Part shown: positions 52,285 through 64,000 of the stretch, piece by piece
How the letters are laid out: the number at the start of each line of letters is the position of its first letter
Position numbering within the stretch: the stretch's first letter is position 1
Source of the DNA: Botryllus schlosseri
Taxonomy: Eukaryota
Assembly: GCA_051294905.1 (NCBI GenBank)
Contig: CM119372.1
Span: 12,278,001 to 12,342,000, forward strand
Reading direction: 5' to 3'
Length of the DNA: 64,000 nt
The notes under the pieces: generated by a model
What the model was told of the DNA's origin: nothing
Seen by the model: the letters and a program-made list of their open reading frames with translations, nothing else
Database searches by the model: none
Program-made: the position numbers and the translations under genes

Positions 52285-55200
52285 TCACGGATTTCCCGCC
52301 ATGTACGGGCTGTACTGAAGACGATTTAGTTTAGCAGATCCGCTGTTACTCGGTGACGAAGCAGGCGTGGTGTTGGTACTTTTCGGACCGAATGTGCCTG
52401 TGGCCGTTCGCGGTGCCCTCGGTCTGGCTTGGGGCCTCCGACTTCTAGCGCCGTCGGTACGAACCACTGTAAAATAAAACACCGCCATCATATAACTGTG
52501 TCCCAATGTTATATTACACCGTCGCGGCATATCATGTTACGTGAAATCGTATGCTACAGTCAACGCCGTCAACCGTCATGGATATTCGTAGCCTCGCGAT
52601 ATTATAGCTTCTAAGAGAGGAGAATAATTTGTCCGTCGCAGAATATATAAACCACTTTTATGAGATATCAAGTCAAGGCCTTCGGTGATATATATACTTT
52701 AGTCATTTCAGAAAGGTAGATTTCAAAGCGTGCCGAAGGCTACGCGGTTGCCGTTCGATATCGCATGATATGCCGTTAGGGGTGATTTGTCTGTCGAAAA
52801 TATTCCCTATGCAACACTTAAATCAAATGCGGCCGAGCGAGGAAGTTCATTTCGATGACGATCGTAATCTAGCCGTTAACTACGTGTACCTCTTTAACTG
52901 CGATTCTGTTTATACTTTATGACGTTTTCACACACCGATAGAGTAAGTTGTTATTCCCATTGACAGCAATAATCCGTAAATTACCGATGTCGCGCAGTAT
53001 AAGGTATAGTTTTGCGGCGACGTAGACATTAAATATAGTGGAACTATCTCGACGAGAAGGGCTGGTGCTTGTCGCGGATGCCTTCAAAAACCTCAACTTA
53101 CCATTTTTAATCATTCCTACGGCGATACACTTTTGGTAGCGGCAATACGGGCAGTGTGTTCTTGTCTTCTTATCGATGGGACAGTTCTTGTTGCCCAGGC
53201 AGACGTACTGCGCATTCTTTTGCACGGATCGCTGTGAAAAAGTACATACAAATGTTGAAGCTAGTAGATTTATCGAATATTTATAGCGCACGGTATATCC
53301 AGTCGCCCTGTCTCTTGTTGCTACCAAATAAATAAATGAGAGTGTCGTATACCTTGAAGAAACCTTTGCACCCTTCGCAAGCCAAGACGCCATAATGCTG
53401 CCATCTGGCTTTGTCGCCGCATACCGCACATGAGCCTTCTCCGAATCCACCGTAGCTCAGGTTTGTCGAACTGGATTGCACGGATCGCGAAGATACAGTC
53501 TGTAACGCAAGTTTCCCGTTAAATAAACCTTAATCTGAAAGGGCAATGTGCGCAGTTGACTATGTATAAAATAGATACGCCGGAAAGCGACGTCTCAGTG
53601 CGGAAATATACAAGAACCGCAGCTACCGGTATTGCCCGGCAAGCTCAAGTTACAGTCGGTTTGACGAGCGACTTGATGGCATGCATGAACTATAAACATA
53701 TCTACACGACGGACTTAGGTCGAAATTGCAATATCGCAGTGATCGCATCTAGAGTGAATTCATTTTACGGACACAGGTCGACCCGCATGTTAATCCGTAA
53801 TGAATTTCGCTATTATCCGTTACACATGTCAACAATTCCGTGGTAAGAGGGTGTAGAAATAATTCATCCACAATTTGCTGATAAATATTTGGTACAGTAA
53901 CGTATAGTAATATGAAAAAGGTACGACGTAGTACCGTGCCGTCCCTAACAGCATTCCGTTAACTCGCTGTATACTGTATACCTGGCCTAGGCTTCTAAAA
54001 TTTCCTGTCGCGCGCGAGCACATCTGATTGATCGTGTTGGGTTTAGCTTCCCGCCAAAAGTTTTTCATCGACTCGTAGCAATTTTCCGACTCGCCGCCGG
54101 TCACCTCAAACAGCCCAACCTCCTCGACCTGACCGCCGTCAACCTCGGACAACACCTCGGACATGGCGTGTCGGAAGTAGTTGGACTTCGCGTCGCTGTC
54201 TTCGCCGGCGTAGCGCATCGTCTCCGGTGCGTTCTGCGTTTGCAAGTGATCGATTTGCACTGCCGGGTTCGGTCTGTGGTCGAACACGTCTCCTGGATCT
54301 GATATTGAAGAATTTCGCTTTTCGTGAGATATGGTGACGTAGATGCGGTTCGTAGTGATCCCGTTCCTCTGACCGGCGCGATCCGACGGATGGACCCGGC
54401 TTTCGAGGTTTTCGATCTCTAACGAGTTGGACTTCACCAGCGCGCTGCGAGAAATTTTCACGGCCGCGCCGGCACTGTCGAAGCCAGCGAGCCCGTCGTG
54501 AGATATCAGAGTATGAGGCTTCCGGTAGAATTTGCGTCTCTTTCTCTGTTCTTTGGGCGGGAAATTGGACGCGATCCTGGGCGGAGCCGAGCGGAATATC
54601 TTACGCGCCTCCTGTCGATTTTCGAGTTTGATGTTTGAAGAGTCTTTTACGGTGCACAGTGAATGCGATACGGAATGAATCAGTGTTTTGTTTCGCAAGC
54701 TTCCGCGTGAGGTAGTGGGTCCGTGGTTTATAGCGGTAGAGTCCGTCTCCGGTTTGATCCGCAGAGATTCATAACGGGATTTCGAGCCTATCCGGAAAGC
54801 GTGCGAGTCGCTACTGATGGAATTCGACGGCGACATATCGTCCAGGTCAATGATTACATCCTCGCCGCCGTTTCCCGCCAAATCCGAATTGGGTGGATCC
54901 GCGGTCAGCGACAGCGGACTTTCGGGAGAACGATTCGATTCGCTGGACTGCCCGCTCGCTATTACGGACTGCCTCATCTGCGTCACGCCGTTCGGGAAAA
55001 AGTCTTCGATGTCCTGATTGCTGTCGAAGTAAGTCGATATTGCGTTGTGCGACAGAGATTTTGAATGGACTGAGTGCTGAGTGTTTTGGATTAGTTCTTC
55101 GTAATGAGACGCAGACTCGTATTTGTCTTCGTAGTCAAAATTTGTACGCTGGCCGCCGTAATACGGCTCGGGAGTGGCGGGTGAAGAGTTGTAGTGCTGG

Positions 55201-57806
55201 TAACATTTTCCGTTGAATAACAACGGGTTGTCGTCTTCAGGAGACGTAAAATCGGAAGGAATGGGGTATTGCTGATCGGAGTGTTTCAAAATCTGCGAGG
55301 GCGGGGTGGCAGACGGGGCTGGGTCATTTTTAGCCAGATTCCACTGCGGCCGGATACCAGGTGCGGCCAGGCTGACATCTCGCGCATGGCGGTGCAACCT
55401 TCTGCTGTAACAGCTGTTGGGGTCCACACCGTGCCCGTTTAGGTCGGGCATGAGTCGCACGCCGGCACCATCTGAATAGGCTACCGAACGGATGACAGCA
55501 TTCGGACTGCCGCGTTCTAGACGCACTTCCCTGTCCAAAGGACCGACGATGTGTCGCTCAAACATGGAATCCGATACCCCGAGCTCGACAGGGTCCATAC
55601 CGAGTATTTCCATAGGCATTGCGTAATCACTACCGAATCGGGAAATACTCTCTTTCTGTAAGACATCGGGCGAAAGCGCCCTGCCAGAGTTGAAGCCGTA
55701 GTTAGGGACGAACACCGGCGGTGAGCCATCATTGCTTGCGGCTCGCGTGAAATAGAGTCGGCTCATGGCTTGTCACATGCGATCGACTCTCTCTAGCATA
55801 CGGCATTCTTCAATTTTCCAATCAGAGAATTCTCATCTATAGTCTAATCGTCTTTCTACAAACGAACATTATAATGTATATGTCATGATATTTAGGGTAA
55901 TCTGCGCGCCTGTGGAAGTTATGAAAATCTACACGCATTTGAAACCTGCACTTCGCCGTGACACGCGCAGACTTCCACAAAAATCTTGCACGAAAAGAGA
56001 TTTTCTCTCAATTTCGTAACGATCAAATTCCTCAAGATTTCGCTGGTAATGAACATTCGCTTTGATTTTCGACTGTCTACTACAGACCTACTAACTGCAA
56101 TAGTGTTTGCAACGTATTCATGGCACTTCGTCAGTTGCACATGAGTAATATACCCTAAAATCGCAGACGTATAGCACCACGGTTCGTTTATGCCTCCATG
56201 TCCGAAGCCGGTATGATATCGTGTAAGACGCTTCGCCTGGACTGCTGATTATGAAGGAATTACGCCCCAGGCACGCTGCTCAGTCGACCGTATTGCATTA
56301 TTCTTCACCAGACAGTCCAGTTTTTCACGTTCAAGTTGGCAATATACGGGAGGTATGCGGAGCTATTTTACGATTTTAAAGTTGCAATAAAATGCATTGC
56401 TCTATGGTGCAAATGAATATAGTAACATTTCTCACCTGTCGCGGCACCTGTCCTGATAGTTGGCCCGGATTGCCGAACATCTGATGTTGCACCCCCGACG
56501 TCTGCAAACCTGCCGTTGGTGGGGTTGAAGATAACCCCGATTCACTCCAATGACTCAAGGTAGGAAAACTTGCGACTTTTCTCCTACTGTAGTTACTATC
56601 CGGTGTCATGTTGCAGCTATCAGTCACTTGGCAGTGATGCGTCTTTGGAAAGTCGTAACCGACATTCTGGTATCCATGAATGGTCTCGCTGTTCGGGACC
56701 TTGTTAATGGAGGAGAATTCGTTCGTGGTAGGAAAGTCTCTCATCAAGAATTCTCCCGCATGGGAGTACTCCGGCACGGCCTGCTGAAGCGGCTGTGGTT
56801 GATAGAAGGAGACAGCCGAGGGAAACTGTTCGGACGCACCGCCTTGCGGATACGACTGCCCGCAATAATTGTTCGTCTGGTGGAATCCGGTCGGAATAAA
56901 GTTGTAGGATCCTGCACGAAAACAACATCGGCTTTTATAACGTTGTAACGTCGCCTGGTAAATATATATAGTTATATACGTACCCTCTGTGTCTCGCGTC
57001 ATGGCTGCAATAGGAGTTGTTTCGTGGAAGTCATTCCTTTCGATATGCATTGCAGGTGATGTGTTTATCATAGCATTCCAAGACGCCTCGTCCCAACTTG
57101 AACTATGGTGACCAATATTGACATCTGACGCGCTAAAACTGTTGTGTCGACTCCACTGCATGTTGGAAGTACTTTGTGGTGATGGGGTATCCTGGCTTCT
57201 AAGCTCTTGTTCGGTGAGTTGCGGAAGGCTGGCGCGCCGTTGGATATTATCTACCATGGCAGACGTAAAGCGAGAGTCAGTGATAACATTCGAGGACATG
57301 GACGATGTCAGAGACGAGTCTGCGTTAAACGAGGTTAAGTCCAACGACGGAGCACAAATAAGTTCCTGCATAATTTGATTTTCCGATATCTCCGGGCTTG
57401 CGAAAGGAATTTGACTGTGCTTGGTACGCAATGGAGACGAATCCATAGACGATTGAGAAGATTGAAGTCCGTAAGAGCCCTCGCACGCTGCAGTCCGTGG
57501 CGAATCGCTGGGTCCGTACAGCTCCGATAGAATATCTTCCGCGTCGACTGCCGAGCTTTCTTCCCACCAGTTGATGCCAAACGCTTCAAAATCCAACGAC
57601 TGCGTCTTTGGAAAAGAGGCGACAACCACGTTACTGTTAGGCCCGACGACCGATTCGCTGCGGTCAAAGCCGGCCGCTCTGGCGTCATAGTGGGACGAGT
57701 GATTCAAGATAGTATTGTTCGGTTCTTTATTGTCGGCGGTCAAACTCATCATAACAGGACGGGACAGTGCGGTTTGGTGCTGCATCATAAGTGCGCTCGA
57801 GCACAT
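52285..57806 (-). CDS. NR4A: NR4A-like (Nur77/Nurr1/HR38 group) nuclear receptor, isoform A, with no ligand-binding domain visible
   Basis: Exons 57806-56984, 56911-56436, 53499-53353, 53231-53102, 52466-52285 (TGA), phase-consistent. [100 protein letters not shown] and VVRTD are NR4A signatures. Confidence 0.85.
53982..55766 (-). CDS. alternative 595-codon N-terminal coding exon (isoform B) of the NR4A-like gene
   Basis: Uninterrupted GC-richer ORF from gccATG at 55766 (in-frame TGA just upstream) to the phase-0 donor CAG|gtatac at 53982, matching the phase-0 acceptor of the first zinc-finger exon (53499); candidate acceptor tttgtag at ~55856. Confidence 0.75.
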
Positions 57807-58437
57807 GTCCTGCCGCAACAAAAACGAAACGAAGAACGTATAAGATGAATGTAAAAGGCGAAATAAAGGACAGGGCTGCGTGCAAAAACAACTATACATG
57901 AAACACTCAAGCGGTGATAAATAGAACTGAAAATTTCCGCGATTTCGAATTCGGCATGCAAGGACCCTCACATCTTCACTCATACATACAAACTTGATAG
58001 AGTTTCATTCATATTGCTGGAAATAATTTACATGTGGCAAGGTTAACCACGTATACTAATTATCATAAGAAGATAACGAAGAAATACAAAAGGAATATTT
58101 AATTTAACCCAATGTTAATTAATGATATTCCGAGTAGGTTGCAACGTCGCAAGAATATAGTTGATGTACGGTACCACGGAAGATGCATAAATACATTATG
58201 CGATAATGCCCGATAATCTTTTCATGCGTGTTGCTCTCAGGATATATATATTATATGTTTCGGGAGGGATGGAATTCTCCGCCTGCTGTCCAGATGACTT
58301 TTAAATGCAGATTTGACTAACAACCGGGCACGACTAACTGAAGACTTTGACGGGCTTATCAACTATCTTATAACGTGGGACGTAATATCGAATGTACGCC
58401 TATGCTTCAACAGTGCGTAATAAAATGCAATGCTTAC

Positions 58438-58860
58438 TTCTGTTGTGTATTGTAGCTGAAAGAAGTAAGATTGTAATCCCTTCCGTAATCCTTGACGACA
58501 ATAAAGTAGTGTAGATGCGAGAGAACGTTGAATACTCTTCCTCAGTTAGCTGCAGATATACCTTCGTACAAATTCTATCTCATCCGGGTATAGTGCCGCA
58601 GGCGTTATCCCGTCTGTGGAATGTGAGAGAATCCCTGATTTATATATCAGCGTCAAAAATTCCTGCAGTGCGTAGCACTCTCGAAACCCAAGAAAAAATG
58701 GTGCGTTGCGTCGTCGACGTCAACGCAAACAAAGAGTCCTTCCGCGTCTCGGGAAGAGAGCTGTACGTAAAGTACGTTCTATTTTTGCGTTAGAATGTGA
58801 CGACGTCGGATATAGCTGCTACTATAAATAAAGAGAAAAGCAAATTGCGTCATATGCAGC
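58438..58860 (-). promoter_or_regulatory. putative NR4A-like promoter and non-coding first exon
   Basis: TATATAAAT (minus) 58647-58639; CRE half-sites TGACG/CGTCA at 58651, 58718, 58798, 58848; MEF2-type CTATAAATAA 58822-58831; donor AA|gtaagc at 58438. Confidence 0.55.
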
Positions 58861-59075
58861 GGTTTCGGCGGTATGCATATAGAATTGCACCGGCTAACTC
58901 ACCCTACAGGGTTGGTGCGACTGCGTACACAATGAGTACATAATTTGAAATACAGATTTGGATTTACCCGGGACCGTTCTTATTGTGCTTGTATCGACTG
59001 GCCTACTCCGACACGCACACCCATTTGAACGGGTGTAAATAAGTCAAATACATCAATTCTTGTGGAAATATATAG

Positions 59076-59162
59076 CTGGGGTGTAGTGGGTTCTGCTTTA
59101 GGTGCACCACCCCAATAAATCCAAAAAGGTGGTACACGCAAACAGAACCAACTACACCCCTA
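59076..59162. repeat. short imperfect inverted repeat (hairpin)
   Basis: ggggtgtagtgggttctg..gtgcaccacc / ggtggtacac..cagaaccaactacacccc with a ~16-nt loop. Confidence 0.7.
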
Positions 59163-60585
59163 GGATATATAATATCCGTAGGATTGGTGTATTTAACTAA
59201 TTTTCACCTATTGTAGAGGTGTGAAAGTACAATTTGATACCTGAAAGTAGCCTTAACGTGAATTTATGGTGAAAATCTGATAGATACACCCAATTTCCAC
59301 CCATCGATTTATAGTGTATAGCACCTGTTTTGATTGCATCTGGTGATTTGTTTAGGTAATTTAATGACTTTTCCAAAGGTCCATCGCCCAATTGCCTATA
59401 TATTAATGCCTCTATGTTATTTCAATCGGGCGATCATGTGCGCTGCACAGATTGGGCAGCTGCGCAGGCAGTTAGTCTATCAAATTATCGATTAACTGCC
59501 TTATGCAGATAATATACTTTACGTCGCTGGTCTGTGGAGTAAAATAGTATCTGTTACGTGCCTATTGCGTTGATTTAACTATTCACGTGACTTCACGTTT
59601 TAGATATGTCGCCTTAGTCACGGACACTGTACATGAAGGCAGCCATAAATAGTACGGCGGATCTGGAAGCTTCTGCGGAAAATCTCGCAACGCATTCATT
59701 TATGAAATAGCAAATTCCAGCGGCAATTACAAAGTATTTCGATATTCTCAAGTTTCGAGTGATATTTATATTTTGTTAGATCTTGCTAGACAAGTATGAC
59801 ACTTCATTTATCAAACCATTTTATGACCTTCGGCCGCGCTAGCTACCATGGAACTTGGATAGAAGAAGATTGACATATACCCACGTGGCGGACATGAGTT
59901 TACGAAGTGTGAATCACCCCATGCTTTTACGACATTGCGTTGCAGTCATTTAGTGAGTGGCCGCGTTTAGAATATATTAATAGCTTGCTATAAAAAGTTG
60001 CATTTAGGTACATCGGACGCTGGATTTAGCGACAACATGTTACTCAACCCGTTAAAGATAGCGATCCACATCGATAATTGAGCACAAGGTCCGGACAGCA
60101 ACAATGCAGCATTGTCTATTTTCGTCATGTAACAAGTGATATACAAGCCATACATGGAAATTCGTCGATATATTGATACACAGAGTTGAGGTATACGGGC
60201 ATACCCAAACCTTAATTTATAAACGATACGTAGAAGAAACCTACAAGTAGACGGATGATTGTCAAAATACATTGGAATTTTCATGAGTGTGATTTGCATT
60301 TCATTGATAATAATTATTCACGGAAATTGCAAACTTAGTATGGTTCATTTTCACAAAATTAGCGGCAATAACACGACCGCTGTTTCGGATACTTTTTAAC
60401 ACTAGTCAACAATGTTTAACATGAACGCGATCGAACCCAACCTTCCGGGATTAGCATTTCTTGAAGCGCAATGGCGTCCAATTGTATTATAGTACTATAA
60501 TGGGGATGGACAAATTCGCATCGCGGCCGATCAGAATCTGAAACTGAATATTTTCTCAAACCCAATCGATTCAACACTTTTCAAT

Positions 60586-60864
60586 GACGTGGAAGATAGC
60601 GTAGTGGTACGTCCCAAAGCTGCAACACCAATAGGTTGCTCGTTCTAGTTCGACATCCAACTCCAGCATTCATACCTAAGTGTTGAAGGTTTATCTATAT
60701 AAGCTCCTCCCCACCATATTATCCGCTTATGTGGTGTTTTACGAACGCCTATCAACGAAAGTGGACCGAGCTACAAGTCGGCAGATTAGGAACCATGGAA
60801 AAGAAATACCGGCCTGGTGTGTAAATGAGCAATTGAGCATAGTAGTCGATGCAACAACTACAAC
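60586..60864 (+). mobile_element. tRNA-derived SINE (family 1), diverged
   Basis: gtggaagatagcgtagtggtac...gttctagttc...; approximate TSD caacacttttcaat/caccacttttcgat. Confidence 0.75.
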
Positions 60865-63800
60865 CACCACTTTTCGATATTATACATTTATTGTCCTAGA
60901 TTTGAACCGGGATATTAATCAATCGAATAGAAATTCAAAACAGAAAACTATTGTTCTCGAGATAATATATAATCATTTAATCATGGATCCTATAAATGAC
61001 CTTACAGTATCACCTTCATATGTTTCCAGCAGCGGAAACCTACGTTTATGAAGGCGTATGATAGCTGGGGATCGCCTGATTGGAAAGTCAAGGTCCACCA
61101 TTCCAACAGAATGTTGGTCATCTAGGATGTGTTTTCATTGAAATCATTATAATTTATATTAATGATGAACAGCCCTATTATATTTTTATTCATTCATGAA
61201 ACACAATACACCACTATACTTCATCATTCCTTACTAGTACAGTCTCTTGCGCCAAATTCCGTGGATAATTTGTGTATCAGATGGTCGAGATCCACTCGAT
61301 AGCATCCGTGACAACGACACCTTCACGTTCATTTTTTTGTCCCAGGCAGATACATTGTATTGCATTGTTTTGTATCACATCTCAGCAAAAGCATCATGAA
61401 TAAGAATATGACTTCGATGATTGCGTTGAGTACTTAGGCTTTCCTAATTGAAGTCCATGTTTCGCTATCGCCTAAAGTTGAAAATGTTCAGTTGCCTGTT
61501 ATCACTATTATTAGGAGCTGTCAATCAAAACCACATTGCCTACTATGTGATTGTTCCTATTGGTTCGATTTGACATTCCCTGTCTGGTCTTAGCACATGT
61601 AGGTAAAAGCACAGTATACCTCGGACTTTTCTGGGAAATTAGCTGACATTGTATTTTCAATCTTGCTATACTTATTGCAGCAGACTATGGTACTCGGAGC
61701 GGAATACTATGTTGATGCCTTCATACGTACAAGTTTCCTGACATGGGTCATTAAATTTCGCCGGTACTGCGTAATGTATATCATTTCTCGAAGGATATGC
61801 GTTGCGAAGTATTTTAGTGATCAATTTATTCAATCAGGGGCGCTATTTTTGTTCCTCAGGGAGTCACAATATCCGCACTTGACTTACAACGACACACAAT
61901 CTGACGTATGGGGAATTTCTCATGGTGTCAAACTGGGATTGGGCTTTAAGGAATCGCGAAATTGAGTGTAAAAATGAGAATGTGAGCATCATATTTTTAC
62001 TCGATTTGAGGCAATGATGTCTAAACAGGAGTCCAGAGATCTAATCTTAAACGCTCGGAATTCTATAAAATTCTCGGATTACTCCGGGTTCTCTTCAAGC
62101 TGAAAGTTTGCAACCGTAGGTGAGACTGTACCTGTCCGTCGCAATTTACTGGTTAACCCTATGACGTGCTACCACACTGACACTTTGCGCGAACAATTGG
62201 ACATTGAACAATCTGTGATATTCTGTCGGGACAGCACTTGTTGTAATTGCTATGAAACGAAATCGCAGTATGGCCGAACTGTGATCGTTGTGTCATGAGT
62301 TGCCTGAGAGTCGATATCGTGCGCGCATGAGATCGAATGGGCTCTCAAATTCTTTAGCTCTACCGCCACACTAAATCCAGTATAACATGTGACAGTCACA
62401 TGCAAGTCTATTTATCCGAAGTGATTCCTATTCGCAGAGTATTTGCGTTACGCTTTGAAATAATTTCAGATCGGGTATAAAATGGGGTTGCTAACTCGAC
62501 CTCCTATTCAAATAAGGTCACATTTTTCAAATCTAAATGCATACTCATAGAAAAATGGCCATCAATCGATCACTGGGCTAATTCGTAATGGCAAATCTCA
62601 GCAAGTATTTATATTTTACTGGAGTACTCACGTAGGTTCTGTTTAGGTACAGAAATTAGTATACTCAGGTTTATTTATTAGACTGGTTTCATTTCGCATA
62701 AGGTATAGTTTTGAAGGACTATCTCTTAAAAGAGCTCATTGAAAATTCATTTTAAAGCTTTGATAGCTGAAAGTTATTGGACTCGAGTAATGAAGTTCAG
62801 GTCCGCGTAGGATAATAATCACGTGGGAAATAGCCGTAAATTGGTGTGATCGACTCAATATCTGAGTATCCATCCGTCGTATATGCAAGTAATTGAAGTG
62901 AAGTTTCAACGTGTGGAAATCGCGCTGCTCGAAAATATCCGCAACATGCTATTCTCTTGCAGTTAACATGGAAAATTGTTCAAGCATCTACCCACTTTGA
63001 TCTAGAAATAGACATGCGATCAAAACATATTCTGATGTAGCTATTAGCGATGTAAGATTATACCTCAAGAATTGCATTGCGAGACAAACCGAAATTGCAT
63101 GGATTACTGGCAGACAATGCGCCGTACTAATCTACTGCCATCAAGGCCACGGTTGCGATTTGTGCAATGTTGTATTCACGCCTTCGGCATACTCGGCGTG
63201 CTTTGTCGCAGGGGAATGAGAAAGGCACTCTCTCGAATTCGAGAACGCATCCAGTGTAACCCGAACGTCCGTGCGTCACAATTTCTAAAAGAGAATACAA
63301 ATTGATTACTTTACGTCAAAGGAACGTATATTTGGACGTCGTCACGGCGGTTAGCCAACAAAAATACAGCTTCCTGCCGTTAAAAATATAGTAGCGGCGT
63401 AGTTGACCCATGTCAGCTTTAGACGCCCGCGGGCCGTAGATACTCGCTTGCAAGTAAACATTGGGTTATAGTGGGTTAAGGTACGTAGCGAAAAGCGTGC
63501 AATTATTTCTCTGTCTAAGTGAGGTGAATCCATAAATATCATTCCACAAAGGCGTGCACGGCGTCACAAAGAGAATCGAACGTGGAACTCGACTGATGTC
63601 TATGGGGGGTAATTGTGTGGGAACGGGCGATTTGGTGTCTAATATAGCGTACGTGATATTTTAAGATTCCCTATTATATAGTGTTTATTTTTGAGACAAA
63701 ATGCTGCGTTATGAAACCATAATTTCGCGCGATGCCGATGTTTAAAAGAATTCGGACGGTTCTCATGTTTTGCACATCGCGCAGTGCAAAGTCATGATAC

Positions 63801-64000
63801 CGTGTATTTTCAAATTCAAATTTAAAAGAACCAAACCCCGTTATTTGAGGAATACGTGGTTTAACCGTTTGTGCAACAGTTTTGCTGGTCATACTCAGCG
63901 CGGTATCTCGAGCTAGCTCTAGATATCCCTGGGAAATTGAGGATGCACATCTATAACCAGGGGCATAATATATATCCAGATACAGTCGTTTCAACACATC

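Noticed and set aside
56376..57983. single-exon 535-aa protein
   Set aside because: Both ends and a 72-nt internal segment are intronic read-through; the coding parts are NR4A-like N-terminal exons

Overview
Eukaryotic (animal) genomic DNA with short GT-AG introns and dense MITEs. It is probably an invertebrate chordate such as a tunicate, but that is inference only. Four gene loci were reconstructed by hand with phase-consistent splice sites. (1) The 3' part of a FAM186-like gene (+, 373-6502). (2) An ANKRD33/ANKRD33B-like ankyrin gene (-, 10263-22997). (3) A multi-exon Wnt unitary-type pseudogene (+, ~31000-45640) with frameshifts, a nonsense codon at a conserved Cys, and a hAT MITE inside its last exon. 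(4) An NR4A-like nuclear receptor (-, 52285-57806) that stops ~60 aa after the DNA-binding domain, has no visible ligand-binding domain, and has two alternative, unrelated ~500-600 aa N-termini under a TATA/CRE/MEF2-type promoter. The rest holds many non-autonomous hAT elements with 8-bp TSDs (some nested several deep), decayed hAT transposases, a long foldback element and tRNA-derived SINEs. Family names come from recalled motifs, not database searches.
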